From IMG/VR virus record IMGVR_UViG_3300022918_000002, positions 1 to 53,482 of that record: a DNA stretch of 53,482 bases, one strand, 5' to 3'. The stretch comes from a virus. Lineage: Duplodnaviria > Caudoviricetes. The notes beneath the pieces are model-generated. The model had not been told where the DNA came from and did not search any database. It saw nothing but the letters and a program-made list of their open reading frames with translations. Shown here one piece after another: positions 9,085-19,134 of the stretch. Made by a program: the position numbers and the translations under genes. Position 1 is the stretch's first letter, and the number at the start of each line of letters is the position of its first letter.

Positions 9085-12000
9085 TTACCATCTTTTATTG
9101 TTCATTGCCCAAAGTTCGTGATTTAAGTCAAACTTATGGGTTTTGATTTGATTAATAATTTTAGCCTTTTTAAACCCGTCGGTTATAGAGTCCTGAATAT
9201 CTTGTTTAAGCTTATCGTTATTTATTGATTTATCACGCTCATTAAAGCCTTGTATACGCCTGTTATCGTTGTTAAGGTTATAGAACATGTTTTTACTCAT
9301 GTAATCCCTGTAAGCTTGTTTACTGCTGTGTACGCTATCCCCTTGTTTAAGCAAAGTCAATGTAGGAACATTTGGGGTAACGCGTATTTTACCATCTTTA
9401 CCCTCAATAATCTCTTGTACACCACCATCCCCAACTATTGCCATTTCTTCAATACCGCCCGTCCTACCATGTTTGTATTTAGGTATAGGCGTTGCTAATA
9501 CATTTGCTAATTGTGCAGCACCTACACCCGCTGCAATTGCCGCTAAAGTGGTTGCGCTAATAGCAAAGTCAAATTTAGGAACTTGAGCCAATGTAGATAT
9601 TACAGCCAATGCCGTTTGTTGTAATACTTGCGCAACGTTAAAGGCTTTGTTGAATATAGCTTGCTTACGTTGTTCCTCGCGTTTTTTACGTTCGAGTTGA
9701 GCCGTTCTTTTTGCACTTTCTTCTTCTATTAATTTCTTTTTTTCTTCATCATCCCCCGCTAACCTTGTTTGTTCATCGTAGTAGTTTTGTATATCCTGTA
9801 TCTCATCATCTATTTTACTGATACGCCTTTCAAACAAAGTATTGGCTAAATTACCCAATTCATTACTTAGGTTTTGTGATGTTTCTAAAATAAACTGTGC
9901 CGCTGCAATATTTGCATCTCTTGTACTTACAAGGTTTTTAAGTTCGGTTGCTGTTTTAGCATCTGACAATGCTATTTCTGCATTAGATAGTTTAGCAGCA
10001 TAATCTAAACGTTCCTTGTCTGTTAAATCAGTACGCGACAACAATTCTTTAAATGATGCTACCTGCGTTTCTAATGCCCTTATAGCATAACCTTTCTTAA
10101 TGTCGAATATATTACGCTCATGTGCTTCTACAGCGGCTTCACGGTCTTTGAATCCTACTTCTTCATTTGAGAAACGTTTATTTTCTCTTATAAGGTCGTC
10201 ATTAAGTAATTTAGTATTTGCTTCATCCTGCCTTTGTAAACGTTTTTCAAACAAGCTAACTAGTAAATCATCATATCTTTTTTCTCCCGCCCTATTTATA
10301 TCATCACGCTTCTTTTGTAATTCTTCAACAGCTAATAATTCCTGATTATTTAAAGCGCGTTTAATCTGACCACCTTTAGAAAGTATCTGTATTTCTTCAT
10401 CTGTTAAGTCCCTTACTTTATCATTGTACTGGGATATGTTACGAAGCTTTTTTACAGTTTCTTCTTCTGCTATTGCTAACTGCAACCTTGAAGACCTCAA
10501 TACAGCATCATAACGCTCTTCTTCTGTTTGGTTTTCATCAGCAACAATAGCATCGTTTTGTTCCCTAACAAGGTTTAAACGAAATATAATTAAATCAGAT
10601 AACGCGTTTTCTTCATCTTTAATAGTTTTATACTTATCCTTTTTTGATTTCTCTTCTTTGGCATCAAGTAATATAGATTCCGCTTGTAATTGGTTAACTT
10701 CTTCCTGTGCCGGTTTAACTAATTTCTGTAAACCATTAGCCTCGTCTTTTAGCTGTTTTAAAGAGCTTTCATTTATAGCCTTTTGCTTCTTGTCGGTTTC
10801 TTCTAATTCTTCGTTATATAGCTGCCTTTGACCTTGCTGACGTAATATCTCTTTAATCTCTGTAGATATTTCTTTTCTACGTGCAATATTAGCGTCTATT
10901 TGCTCTTTAGTAAGATTTAGGTTTACACCATCTATTTTTTGTAATTCAGATAATTCAGTTCTTAATTTGGCTAATGGGGCAGCAAAACCCTCCCTTGCTT
11001 TAATCTCATCGTTTATATCAATTATCCTGTCCTTTATGTTGTCTACTTCTTTTTGCTTGGATAAAGCCTTTGTACGGGCATCAATTGCTTTTAAAAGTTC
11101 CTGCTCACTTTTACTATATGACTTATTTAATATTTGAGCGTTACTTAAATCTTTGTAGTAATAAAAATATTGCTGTCTTAGTTTTTTAACAGCCTCATTA
11201 CGGGCATCTGTACTTAAAGCCTCATTCTTAGCTATACCTTGTAACTGCCTTAAGTTGTCTGCCTGCTTCTGAAAGTCCTTTTGAGCATCATTTGAGGTGT
11301 TTAGTAGTTTTTGTTGTGCGCGCCCTACAGCGGTTAATGCTTCGTCAAAATCCCCAAGCGTGCCTAATAGTTCAATTATTTGTCCACCAAAAAAAGTTAA
11401 TCCAACTACACCTAAAGTAAGGAATGTATTAACCGATAATAAAGAAGATCCTACACGCGCTAATATACTTGGTTGTGCTGCTAATGCTGCGTTTGCCTCT
11501 GTAGCTGCTAATGTTTCAGCGGTTAATGATGCTGTAGCTGCTGCCCTTGATATATTAGCCCTGCCTGTAGCGGCTATCTCTCCCTGTATGGCTGCAACTT
11601 GCTCTACAGTAGCACCGGCATTCAATAATGTGGCTTCTGTGTTGGCAACTGTTTCTGTAGTAGCAACCCCAGTTGTTTCTATTTCTTCTAAATGGGCTAA
11701 TACTTCTTCACGAATAGCAGCGGCTTGTTCTCTTGATGCGCCTATGCTTGCAATTACAGATTCAACTTGTGTTGCTAAGCTTTCTTCTAAGTCGCTTGAT
11801 ACTTGTACTGCGGCTTGCTGCGCTTCTGTCTGAGTGGCAACGGATGCTGTATAATCTTCTGCTACCTTTTTAATTTCGGCTAATTCACTTTTTATCGTAG
11901 TCAGGCTATCAAAAAATGCAGGTAAGTTATTAGATATTGCCAAAAAGAACGTATTAAGCGATACAGCCGCACTTGGTGCTTCCCTTAATATCTGTTGAAT

Positions 12001-12777
12001 AGAGTTTCCTAAAGCATCAAATTTATATTTACCTACATTACGTTGATTACGTCCTAATGAAGCATCGATTTTCTTTAATTCAGTATCAAGTTTTAATGTT
12101 TCGGTTCTTAGTTCCCCAAACCTTTTAGTTAAATCAACAAATTCAGGTGTATTTGCTTTTCCTGCTTCTCTTAATCGGTATAATTCAACAGCAACGCTTG
12201 CGGTAGCTCTAAATGATTTATTAAGTTCAGCAGACATTTCGCCATAAGCATCTTTTTGTGCGCGTGTGGCGCGTTCTACTTGTGCTGCCTGTTGTGCTTC
12301 TAACTTTTCAGTCTTAATCTTTTCCTGCTTAACCTTTTCAGAAGCGATTACAGCATTAGTTTCTTCTTTTAATGCATTTGTATTACTTAAATGCGATAAC
12401 TTTTCGGCTTCAATAGCTTGTTTAGCCTCATTAGCTATCCTTGATTTATCCCTTGAAACTTCGTTATTTATCCGTTGTTCAGCAGTTAAATTAGCTATTT
12501 GCGCCTTTAAACTGGCTATAACTGCTTCTTGTTCCCTTAATGAAACGATTATTGCATCAGTAGCGGCCTTCTCTTTACGCTTATTCTCAATTAGGTTTTG
12601 ATTGGTTGCTGTATCTGTACGGTAAGCACCTACAACGGCATTTAACTCCCTTGCAGATGCTTTTAATTCTTCCTGTGCCTTTTTAGCTTTCTCTAAGTTA
12701 AGTACGTAATCATCCCCCCAATAAAGCGCGGCATCTGTTATTAACTCCTGCCTGGTAATTATTCCATCTTGTGCCAT
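9085..12777 (-). CDS. Tail tape measure protein
   Basis: 1230 aa, Ala/Glu/Lys-rich and helical, hydrophobic stretches, RNVGKY motif, C-terminal PKYKHG...AIVGDGG.E motif; position in the tail operon. Confidence 0.9.
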   Translation of the reverse strand: MAQDGIITRQELITDAALYWGDDYVLNLEKAKKAQEELKASARELNAVVGAYRTDTATNQNLIENKRKEKAATDAIIVSLREQEAVIASLKAQIANLTAEQRINNEVSRDKSRIANEAKQAIEAEKLSHLSNTNALKEETNAVIASEKVKQEKIKTEKLEAQQAAQVERATRAQKDAYGEMSAELNKSFRATASVAVELYRLREAGKANTPEFVDLTKRFGELRTETLKLDTELKKIDASLGRNQRNVGKYKFDALGNSIQQILREAPSAAVSLNTFFLAISNNLPAFFDSLTTIKSELAEIKKVAEDYTASVATQTEAQQAAVQVSSDLEESLATQVESVIASIGASREQAAAIREEVLAHLEEIETTGVATTETVANTEATLLNAGATVEQVAAIQGEIAATGRANISRAAATASLTAETLAATEANAALAAQPSILARVGSSLLSVNTFLTLGVVGLTFFGGQIIELLGTLGDFDEALTAVGRAQQKLLNTSNDAQKDFQKQADNLRQLQGIAKNEALSTDARNEAVKKLRQQYFYYYKDLSNAQILNKSYSKSEQELLKAIDARTKALSKQKEVDNIKDRIIDINDEIKAREGFAAPLAKLRTELSELQKIDGVNLNLTKEQIDANIARRKEISTEIKEILRQQGQRQLYNEELEETDKKQKAINESSLKQLKDEANGLQKLVKPAQEEVNQLQAESILLDAKEEKSKKDKYKTIKDEENALSDLIIFRLNLVREQNDAIVADENQTEEERYDAVLRSSRLQLAIAEEETVKKLRNISQYNDKVRDLTDEEIQILSKGGQIKRALNNQELLAVEELQKKRDDINRAGEKRYDDLLVSLFEKRLQRQDEANTKLLNDDLIRENKRFSNEEVGFKDREAAVEAHERNIFDIKKGYAIRALETQVASFKELLSRTDLTDKERLDYAAKLSNAEIALSDAKTATELKNLVSTRDANIAAAQFILETSQNLSNELGNLANTLFERRISKIDDEIQDIQNYYDEQTRLAGDDEEKKKLIEEESAKRTAQLERKKREEQRKQAIFNKAFNVAQVLQQTALAVISTLAQVPKFDFAISATTLAAIAAGVGAAQLANVLATPIPKYKHGRTGGIEEMAIVGDGGVQEIIEGKDGKIRVTPNVPTLTLLKQGDSVHSSKQAYRDYMSKNMFYNLNNDNRRIQGFNERDKSINNDKLKQDIQDSITDGFKKAKIINQIKTHKFDLNHELWAMNNKRW

Positions 12778-12782
12778 TTTGC

Positions 12783-13349
12783 CTATTGTTTATGGTTTGC
12801 CTTAATTTTAAGGTCTATTTGCTTCCCTAATGATAATACTTTGCTTGCTGTAATAGTGTTAAAATCTAAATCCATACCTAAAAACACACTATAACTTGCA
12901 AGCATATCGTCAACACTATATTTAGCCTCGTTTTCATCCTGTTTAGGCAGATCATCTGCCATTGCATCAGCTTTCACTAATAAACCCTCCGCTTCTTTTT
13001 GAATCCGCTCTAAATCGCTTAAAAACGTTTCGTGTGTTATTGAGTAGCCGTATTCAATTAACTGGTCAATAGTTTCTTTATCGTAGTCCCATGATAATAT
13101 CCTGCACGCTATAATTACATAATTGTATTTTGCCTGAAAATGGTATATTTCAGCATGTATTTTTAATATCCGTTTGTCATCACTCGATGGGTTTAAAGAT
13201 AAATATTCAGCGTGTATGCTATCCCATAAATCTATTAACTCACTTTCAGTTAATACCTCGTTATCATAGCAAAGTAAACTGTAATCATGTTCCTGACTTA
13301 TTTTAATAAAAAGCTTATAGGGTATAGTGTCGAGCGTTTTGTAAATCAT
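12783..13349 (-). CDS. Putative tail assembly chaperone
   Basis: 188 aa acidic helical ORF immediately upstream of the tape measure gene. Confidence 0.5.
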   Translation of the reverse strand: MIYKTLDTIPYKLFIKISQEHDYSLLCYDNEVLTESELIDLWDSIHAEYLSLNPSSDDKRILKIHAEIYHFQAKYNYVIIACRILSWDYDKETIDQLIEYGYSITHETFLSDLERIQKEAEGLLVKADAMADDLPKQDENEAKYSVDDMLASYSVFLGMDLDFNTITASKVLSLGKQIDLKIKANHKQ

Positions 13350-13807
13350 ATACTTAATTTAAATCTTATTTCCTGAATGAACAAAGGGAGGATTGATTGC
13401 TCAATTACCTCCCTTAAATTTTTATCTGTTAAACCAAATATGTCGCCTGATAAGAATGTGCTGTACCTACTAAGATGTGAGCCTACTAAATCCTTTGTTT
13501 TACTATCACGGGAATAAAGTTTTACACTTTGGTTTTGTACTTCCATATAAAAGCCTTTAAAGAAATCCCCTGTATCATACAAAGTAAATGGCGTACCTGC
13601 TTTTTTGCTTGGATTTATAGCCTCTGTAGCCCTTGAATAGTAACCTATTGGGCTACCGTATATATCTATCTTTTCATTTAATAACTGCTCTTTATTCTTA
13701 TCGGTAAACTCTTTTTCTAAACTACGTATAACATCAAAAAACTGGGAGATAAGAGATTCTTTACTTACCCCCTGTGCTTTCTGTAACGCTTGGTTTAGTG
13801 TTGCCAT
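13346..13807 (-). CDS. Putative tail completion/neck protein
   Basis: 153 aa with TLYDTGDF motif typical of neck/morphogenesis proteins; ATGA overlap with the next gene. Confidence 0.6.
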   Translation of the reverse strand: MATLNQALQKAQGVSKESLISQFFDVIRSLEKEFTDKNKEQLLNEKIDIYGSPIGYYSRATEAINPSKKAGTPFTLYDTGDFFKGFYMEVQNQSVKLYSRDSKTKDLVGSHLSRYSTFLSGDIFGLTDKNLREVIEQSILPLFIQEIRFKLSI

Positions 13808-14000
13808 GTGTTGCTACTTTATAAGCATCTTTTAATGCTATTTCACGCGCCCCCGGTTGTAGGTTAGCAAAGATATGTACTTCTTCAAATTCCTTAATAA
13901 AATCCTTTTCAGATTTATTATAACCCTCGGCAAACACAATGCCCTGATAAATATTTCTACCTTTTAGGCTTGCTTTCTTTTCTTCTGTTCTTTTGCTCAT
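13761..14000 (-). CDS. Hypothetical protein (tail operon)
   Basis: 79 aa ORF, co-oriented and filling the gap between genes. Confidence 0.55.
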   Translation of the reverse strand: MSKRTEEKKASLKGRNIYQGIVFAEGYNKSEKDFIKEFEEVHIFANLQPGAREIALKDAYKVATHGNTKPSVTESTGGK

Positions 14001-14008
14001 GATTAAGT

Positions 14009-14458
14009 TTATTGGTTTAAAGGTCTTATTTCTATATATAAATCAGTAAAGCTATCAACAGGAGTTCCAGACAAATCTATTTGCTTGAACTGTGCGCTAT
14101 TACTATTTAATATAAAACCAGATGTTTTTACATTTTTGGTATTAGCATTGTTAGAAACCCTTAGTGTTAGATTACTATTTGCAGGCACATTAACTGTATA
14201 TGTTCCTGTTGACAAAACGCTAAATGTAAATGTCGTGGATGTTGGAAATGTATTCGCTATTACATTAGTGGTTATCGCACCTGATCCTGTTTGAACCAGT
14301 ACCGCTTTGTAAACAAATATTAGTGAGTCTATTTCCTGATCCACATAATCAACAACTGCACCCATATTATCCCCGATATCGGCAGGGGATATACTCCCTG
14401 CCTCGGTTTTATCTGTTATTGCCGCATCTATCTGCGTAAACAATTCTGTATTAGTCAT
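14009..14458 (-). CDS. Putative tail-decorating/fibre-like protein
   Basis: 149 aa; helical N-terminus (ELFTQIDAAI...SISPADIG) followed by a beta-rich domain; directly after the major tail gene. Confidence 0.5.
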   Translation of the reverse strand: MTNTELFTQIDAAITDKTEAGSISPADIGDNMGAVVDYVDQEIDSLIFVYKAVLVQTGSGAITTNVIANTFPTSTTFTFSVLSTGTYTVNVPANSNLTLRVSNNANTKNVKTSGFILNSNSAQFKQIDLSGTPVDSFTDLYIEIRPLNQ

Positions 14459-14556
14459 TATTATATGTGTTTTATTAATTTAATCGGCACTAAAGGCCAT
14501 TAACCAAAAGTACCGTCAAACTCATTGCTGAACGGGTTGGTTCCCCCTCCGTCTGT

Positions 14557-15426
14557 TCAAACATTGATGGTTAACACTCCATCAGCTTCATACATTGTAT
14601 CAACAATAACAATTACCCCATCAACTTCTACTGTCCACCCATCAGCAACAGCAGTTGCGTTTAATTGGTAAACACCATTTGCATCCGCAGCAACAAATGT
14701 TACTGTTTGGATAACTCCTGCGGCATTACGTGTAATTACGTCGGGTGCCGTAAGCGTTGTTAGCGGCCTGTTGCCGCAATCCGTAATAGCAGTAAAGCGT
14801 ATTGTAGTTGTAGTTGCTGAAACTTGGTTAAGTACAATATCAAATATACCCCTTAAGTCAGATCCAAAAGTAGTTTTTACAATTGTACCATTGTTTACGA
14901 TGTCTTTATAATCTGCATAAGTAACAGTTACTAAAGTAGTAGCGGGTTTATCAAGTACCGGACGTTGGCGAATACCTACGTTAATGGTTGCTTTTCTACC
15001 TCTTACACTTCCATCTTCCTGTGATACACCAATGAATGAATCATCGTTGTTAAGGTCAAACAGTTGCGTGTAATCTGTGTTCTGAATAGAATCTAAGGCT
15101 GCATGCGAGCAAAGCCCTAAATAGCATTCGTAAGTAAAACCCTCAACAGGTGGCGCGGTCTGAAACCTGTAATCCCCTGTAGTGTAAAACACAGCATCCG
15201 TATTTGCATTAGTTACTACACGCGCTGTATATAGCGGTATAATGTCTTTTGCTTCAATAGCATCAAGCCATGCCTGTTTGGTTTTGAATGCGGTTAATGT
15301 AGGGAAAGAAAAACCCGTACGGGCTGCAAATTGCAACTTCAATACGCCCTCAATACATTCATTGTTAGAGCCGGTATTCCGCGGTTGCGCTGCATCAACT
15401 CCGCATAGTTCGTTTATTACGCTCAT
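14557..15426 (-). CDS. Major tail (tube) protein; possible read-through extension to 14500
   Basis: 289 aa, beta-rich, lying between head-tail joining genes and chaperone/tape measure; ends in TGA with an open in-frame 18-codon extension. Confidence 0.7.
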   Translation of the reverse strand: MSVINELCGVDAAQPRNTGSNNECIEGVLKLQFAARTGFSFPTLTAFKTKQAWLDAIEAKDIIPLYTARVVTNANTDAVFYTTGDYRFQTAPPVEGFTYECYLGLCSHAALDSIQNTDYTQLFDLNNDDSFIGVSQEDGSVRGRKATINVGIRQRPVLDKPATTLVTVTYADYKDIVNNGTIVKTTFGSDLRGIFDIVLNQVSATTTTIRFTAITDCGNRPLTTLTAPDVITRNAAGVIQTVTFVAADANGVYQLNATAVADGWTVEVDGVIVIVDTMYEADGVLTINV

Positions 15427-15455
15427 AATGTTTTATTTTTTTTAATAGTTAAAGG

Positions 15456-15983
15456 CTAACAATTATAGCCGTCTTTATCGTATTTTATATCTAACCTAAT
15501 CTTAAAGCAATGGTGCGGTTGTGTGTCGTCATCACGATTGAAATAAACGCCCCTGTACACGTTATCTATCCCGGTAATTACCTGATTTACATTTACAGTA
15601 TTTAAACCCAAACTAAAGCGCTCAATTACCATTAAAACATCCATCCTTACATCTTCATCACAACGATATAAAACATCGGGATAAATCTCCTTAAGGTTCA
15701 ATGCGAAATAAAGGTCTAATTGTGCACTGTATAATCCATCGGTTTGTTTCTGCTGATTTCCAAATAACACAAAAAAACATTTGTTCTGTTCTGCATTGTT
15801 AATCATTACATAATCCCCGTTTTTAAGATAATGCTCAACTGTAATATTGTTATCTCTATACTGAATGTAACAACGCGGATAAATATATATTAGGTTAGCC
15901 CATGACAAACGCTCATTTATTACGCTTTGCATTTTAGCAATTAAGCTATCTATGCCTTTTGGGTTATCCCTTTCAATTACCAT
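15456..15983 (-). CDS. Putative tail terminator/head-tail joining protein
   Basis: 175 aa; position between head-completion and major tail genes. Confidence 0.55.
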   Translation of the reverse strand: MVIERDNPKGIDSLIAKMQSVINERLSWANLIYIYPRCYIQYRDNNITVEHYLKNGDYVMINNAEQNKCFFVLFGNQQKQTDGLYSAQLDLYFALNLKEIYPDVLYRCDEDVRMDVLMVIERFSLGLNTVNVNQVITGIDNVYRGVYFNRDDDTQPHHCFKIRLDIKYDKDGYNC

Positions 15984-16636
15984 ATCCTTAAGGCTTTTAG
16001 TGTCGGTGCAAGTTTAACAGTACCATCTGGATTAAGAGTTGCGCCATCAGGTAACTTAGTAGGGAACAATACATTTATAAGCAATGCTAATGATTCCCTG
16101 TATTGACCGTATAAGCCTATACTAACCTGTTTCGCTTCTTCTGTGTACACACCGTTTAAAGCCTGGTATAATTCAGCATCAGCAAGTTTATAGCTATTCG
16201 TGTCTTTATTACTCCTAACTGTCAACCTTAGCCTTTCAATTGTTATTATGGCCATTTTTAAGCCTATAGCCTCTGTAAATGCATTTATGTTTAATGTAAT
16301 ACTTTCGGTGTAATCTTCTAAATAGTTTAGGCTTTCAATTAAGTTGTTAAACTTGTATTTAGCCCTTATATTTAAATCATAAACCTTATTCAGCACATCA
16401 ATAGCCGCATCTACTTTGGTTTTAGCTAACACCGTGTTTAAAGTGTCTTGTGTTACATCAGCATTTTCTATAGATTTCCACACCTTTTCTACTGTTGCCA
16501 AAGCATGAAAGCTATTTACGAATAAACCGCTATCACTTAATTCATTATCAACTGTAATAACAAGGTCAGTTGGCTGCACGGGGGCAAACCAACCAACTCT
16601 GTTTTTAAGTGTGTCTATGGAACTGTTGTTATACAT
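15977..16636 (-). CDS. Putative head-tail adaptor
   Basis: 219 aa immediately after the major capsid gene. Confidence 0.55.
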   Translation of the reverse strand: MYNNSSIDTLKNRVGWFAPVQPTDLVITVDNELSDSGLFVNSFHALATVEKVWKSIENADVTQDTLNTVLAKTKVDAAIDVLNKVYDLNIRAKYKFNNLIESLNYLEDYTESITLNINAFTEAIGLKMAIITIERLRLTVRSNKDTNSYKLADAELYQALNGVYTEEAKQVSIGLYGQYRESLALLINVLFPTKLPDGATLNPDGTVKLAPTLKALRIW

Positions 16637-17732
16637 AAGAAGCTTGTACCACGTTGGTAGTTAATACAAATATATTGTCTATATCAACAGATGGGAACGC
16701 GTTCATTTCCATTGCAGTAAATTCTACTAATGGATCGCTTTCAGACCATTTAGAAACCAATGTCGGGCCAAATTTAGCATAAGACTTACCAGCTACCCTG
16801 TGTATATCTTCCATTGAAACGGCATTGAACAAAGTCCCTAATTTACCCATCGGCACAAAAGAAACGTTATTGGCGTTGAACGGCTTAATAAAGGTAGGCT
16901 TACCATCAACCTCAATGTTAGTTTGGTGTTTAATTATTTCTATTTCCGGCCATTGGTTAGCAGCAAACATTTCGTTGATGTTTGTAAGCGTAACGGCAAA
17001 AGTTGCATTTGCTTTACCTACATTAAAGAACGTTTGAAGCATGTTTCTTACCTCTGTTGTTTGCTTAAATTGCAACCATAGGTCATAACTTAGTATCATT
17101 TTACCAAACATCCTACCTCTTGTGTTCCATTGGTATTGGACAAAGTTTTCTATGTCAGTAATCGGCTTTGCATTAGCTGCATCGCTCCACACTACCGGCA
17201 CACCCTGTTTTTGATAAGGCTGCGCTAATAGATCAACCACACCAAACTGTACGCCGTCAGGGTTATTCGTTGCGTTCACGTCTACAGTAAGCGTAGATAT
17301 TGCCTGTAAAAGCATAATATCAATACGTTTATCGCCTGAAACTGCCGCTTCTTGTAAATCCTTATTAAGAAATGCTATAAGGTCTGATGCCCTACCTCCT
17401 GCTACAGGTAGTGATTTAAGAACCTCTAAAGTCCTCATATCATCCTGATTCATCCTGAACTTTTCTTTTATAGCGGGTATCTTACCTTTGTAAAGTTCAA
17501 GTTTGTTACGGCTTCTTAGTGGTGCAGGAGCATCGCTATCAACGATTGATGCAGCCGCGGCTATTCTCTCTCTTCCGATAGCAGAATCAAAACTAAGGCT
17601 CATTTGTGGCAAACCTGTGTTTAGCCAGTTTCTCCAAATAGATTCCTGCTGTAGATTTAACTGTGAAGAATCTAAAAGAAATTGTAGGTCTTGGCTTGTT
17701 GCCAAATTACCAAAATACGATGGTGCTATCAT
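16629..17732 (-). CDS. Major capsid protein (lambda gpE-like, HK97 fold)
   Basis: 367 aa; AAASIVDSDAPAPLRSR...GKIPAIKEKF and C-terminal SKWSESDP...AFP patterns of major capsid protein E; follows scaffold and decoration genes. Confidence 0.88.
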   Translation of the reverse strand: MIAPSYFGNLATSQDLQFLLDSSQLNLQQESIWRNWLNTGLPQMSLSFDSAIGRERIAAAASIVDSDAPAPLRSRNKLELYKGKIPAIKEKFRMNQDDMRTLEVLKSLPVAGGRASDLIAFLNKDLQEAAVSGDKRIDIMLLQAISTLTVDVNATNNPDGVQFGVVDLLAQPYQKQGVPVVWSDAANAKPITDIENFVQYQWNTRGRMFGKMILSYDLWLQFKQTTEVRNMLQTFFNVGKANATFAVTLTNINEMFAANQWPEIEIIKHQTNIEVDGKPTFIKPFNANNVSFVPMGKLGTLFNAVSMEDIHRVAGKSYAKFGPTLVSKWSESDPLVEFTAMEMNAFPSVDIDNIFVLTTNVVQASYV

Positions 17733-17735
17733 TTC

Positions 17736-18344
17736 TTATAAAGATTGTGAGTGAATAATATAAGCCCCATTCGCTTTTAATGCCGCCTCAATAGCAGCCG
17801 AATTAGGAACTCTCCTTGCGTAAACAGTACCGCGTATTACAGCAGATACCGCTATGTTTATCTGTACTTTTGCATCATCATAAAGACGTGCATTAATAGC
17901 AGGTAATGCCGATGCAGTTGCGCCTGTAGCTGTAGATGCATATACTGTATCTCCTGCCGTAACCGCCCCTATGCTTGTACCTACCGTAATAGTATCGTAC
18001 AACCCATTAGTAGTATCTATGGCTGTTATAGGATATGCTTTACCACCAGTAGCACCCGATGCTAAGTTATCCCCTACTTTTAGAGTACTACCTTTATCTA
18101 CTTGGTAAGTTGTTGCTGTGCCTCCTGCATTCGCGTAAACCCTACCGGTATTTAATGTTGTTGCAATCCTTGTACCCTCATCATAGACTAACGGTGTTCC
18201 TGCCGGTACAACCGCCCCTAATGTAAGACCTGCAATTGCTAAGCGGAAACCGCCCTGTACTAACTGAATATCTTTACCGATACCCTGCCATACTGGGATT
18301 CCGTTACCGCCTACTTCACGTGTATATCCTATACCTCCGCTCAT
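17736..18344 (-). CDS. Head decoration protein
   Basis: Likely start MSGG at 18344; VPAGTPL motif, G/A/T-rich; lies between scaffold and capsid genes, like lambda gpD. Confidence 0.7.
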   Translation of the reverse strand: MSGGIGYTREVGGNGIPVWQGIGKDIQLVQGGFRLAIAGLTLGAVVPAGTPLVYDEGTRIATTLNTGRVYANAGGTATTYQVDKGSTLKVGDNLASGATGGKAYPITAIDTTNGLYDTITVGTSIGAVTAGDTVYASTATGATASALPAINARLYDDAKVQINIAVSAVIRGTVYARRVPNSAAIEAALKANGAYIIHSQSL

Positions 18345-18348
18345 GTTG

Positions 18349-18987
18349 TTATTTTTTTTCTTGTGATTCTGCAAACGCTTTGATTGCAGGGTTAACTTCT
18401 CCTGCCTTAACAGGTGTTGTTAAGATGCCTCCTAACGGTGTATCATTGCCTAAGGCTGCTATTTTATTAGCTTCTGCATAAGGCGTGTACGCGGCTTCTA
18501 ATTTAGTTATAGCGTCTTCAAGTTTTGTTTCGTCTGATGGTATATACATGTCCCTGATAAAAGCAGGAATATCTTTAACCCTTGCATCCGATGTAAACTT
18601 TTCAGCTACTGTTTTTTGTGTTTCTCGCTGTTCAAACGTTCCAATCTTAGTGGCTAATCCCTCTATAATAGCATTTTGCTTCTCAATAAATGCTTTCATT
18701 GCAGGGCTTAAATCATCAGGTAAAGGATCGTTCTTGGGGTCGTCAAATTTTGGCGGCTTAACTTTAGATTCCAAATCCCTTATCTTGTCATCTGCTCTCG
18801 CTATGTCGCTAAAAGGGGTGTATTCGTTAGCTTGGTTAATTACCGCGTCTATTGCCGCATCGTCAGCGTCATCCGCAGGCATTTTAGATAGTCTACCCGA
18901 TATTTCGTTTAGCCTTGTTGTGGATAAGTTAGCCTTTGGGAATAACGCCCTTAGTCTACCTGAAATCCTTGTTGCATCTACTGCCAT
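18349..18987 (-). CDS. Capsid scaffolding protein
   Basis: 212 aa, charged and helical with a P/D-rich linker; between portal and capsid genes. Confidence 0.7.
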   Translation of the reverse strand: MAVDATRISGRLRALFPKANLSTTRLNEISGRLSKMPADDADDAAIDAVINQANEYTPFSDIARADDKIRDLESKVKPPKFDDPKNDPLPDDLSPAMKAFIEKQNAIIEGLATKIGTFEQRETQKTVAEKFTSDARVKDIPAFIRDMYIPSDETKLEDAITKLEAAYTPYAEANKIAALGNDTPLGGILTTPVKAGEVNPAIKAFAESQEKK

Positions 18988-19020
18988 AATAATATGATTT
19001 TAATTAAATGTTTACTTAAC

Positions 19021-19126
19021 AAAAAAAGCCACCTAATGCAGTATAAATGCAAAAGATGGCTTAAAAGTCTTTACGTGTTTTGTTGAGTGCTATGCATCTT
19101 TACATAGTTTATTTACAGCAAATATA
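19021..19126 (-). promoter_or_regulatory. Promoter plus structured leader with terminator/antiterminator upstream of the head operon
   Basis: TATATTTG at 19126-19119; hairpin CTATG-TAAAGATG-CATAG; terminator AAGCCATC...GGTGGCTTTTTTT; hairpin loop AAAGATG is complementary to CATCTTT in the terminator 5' arm. Confidence 0.7.
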
Positions 19127-19134
19127 GTTATTTT

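Noticed and set aside
13761-13807. Programmed -1 frameshift of the tail chaperone (lambda G/GT type) at the ORF overlap
   Set aside because: I found no XXXYYYZ slippery heptamer in the overlap, and the downstream ORF has its own ATG.
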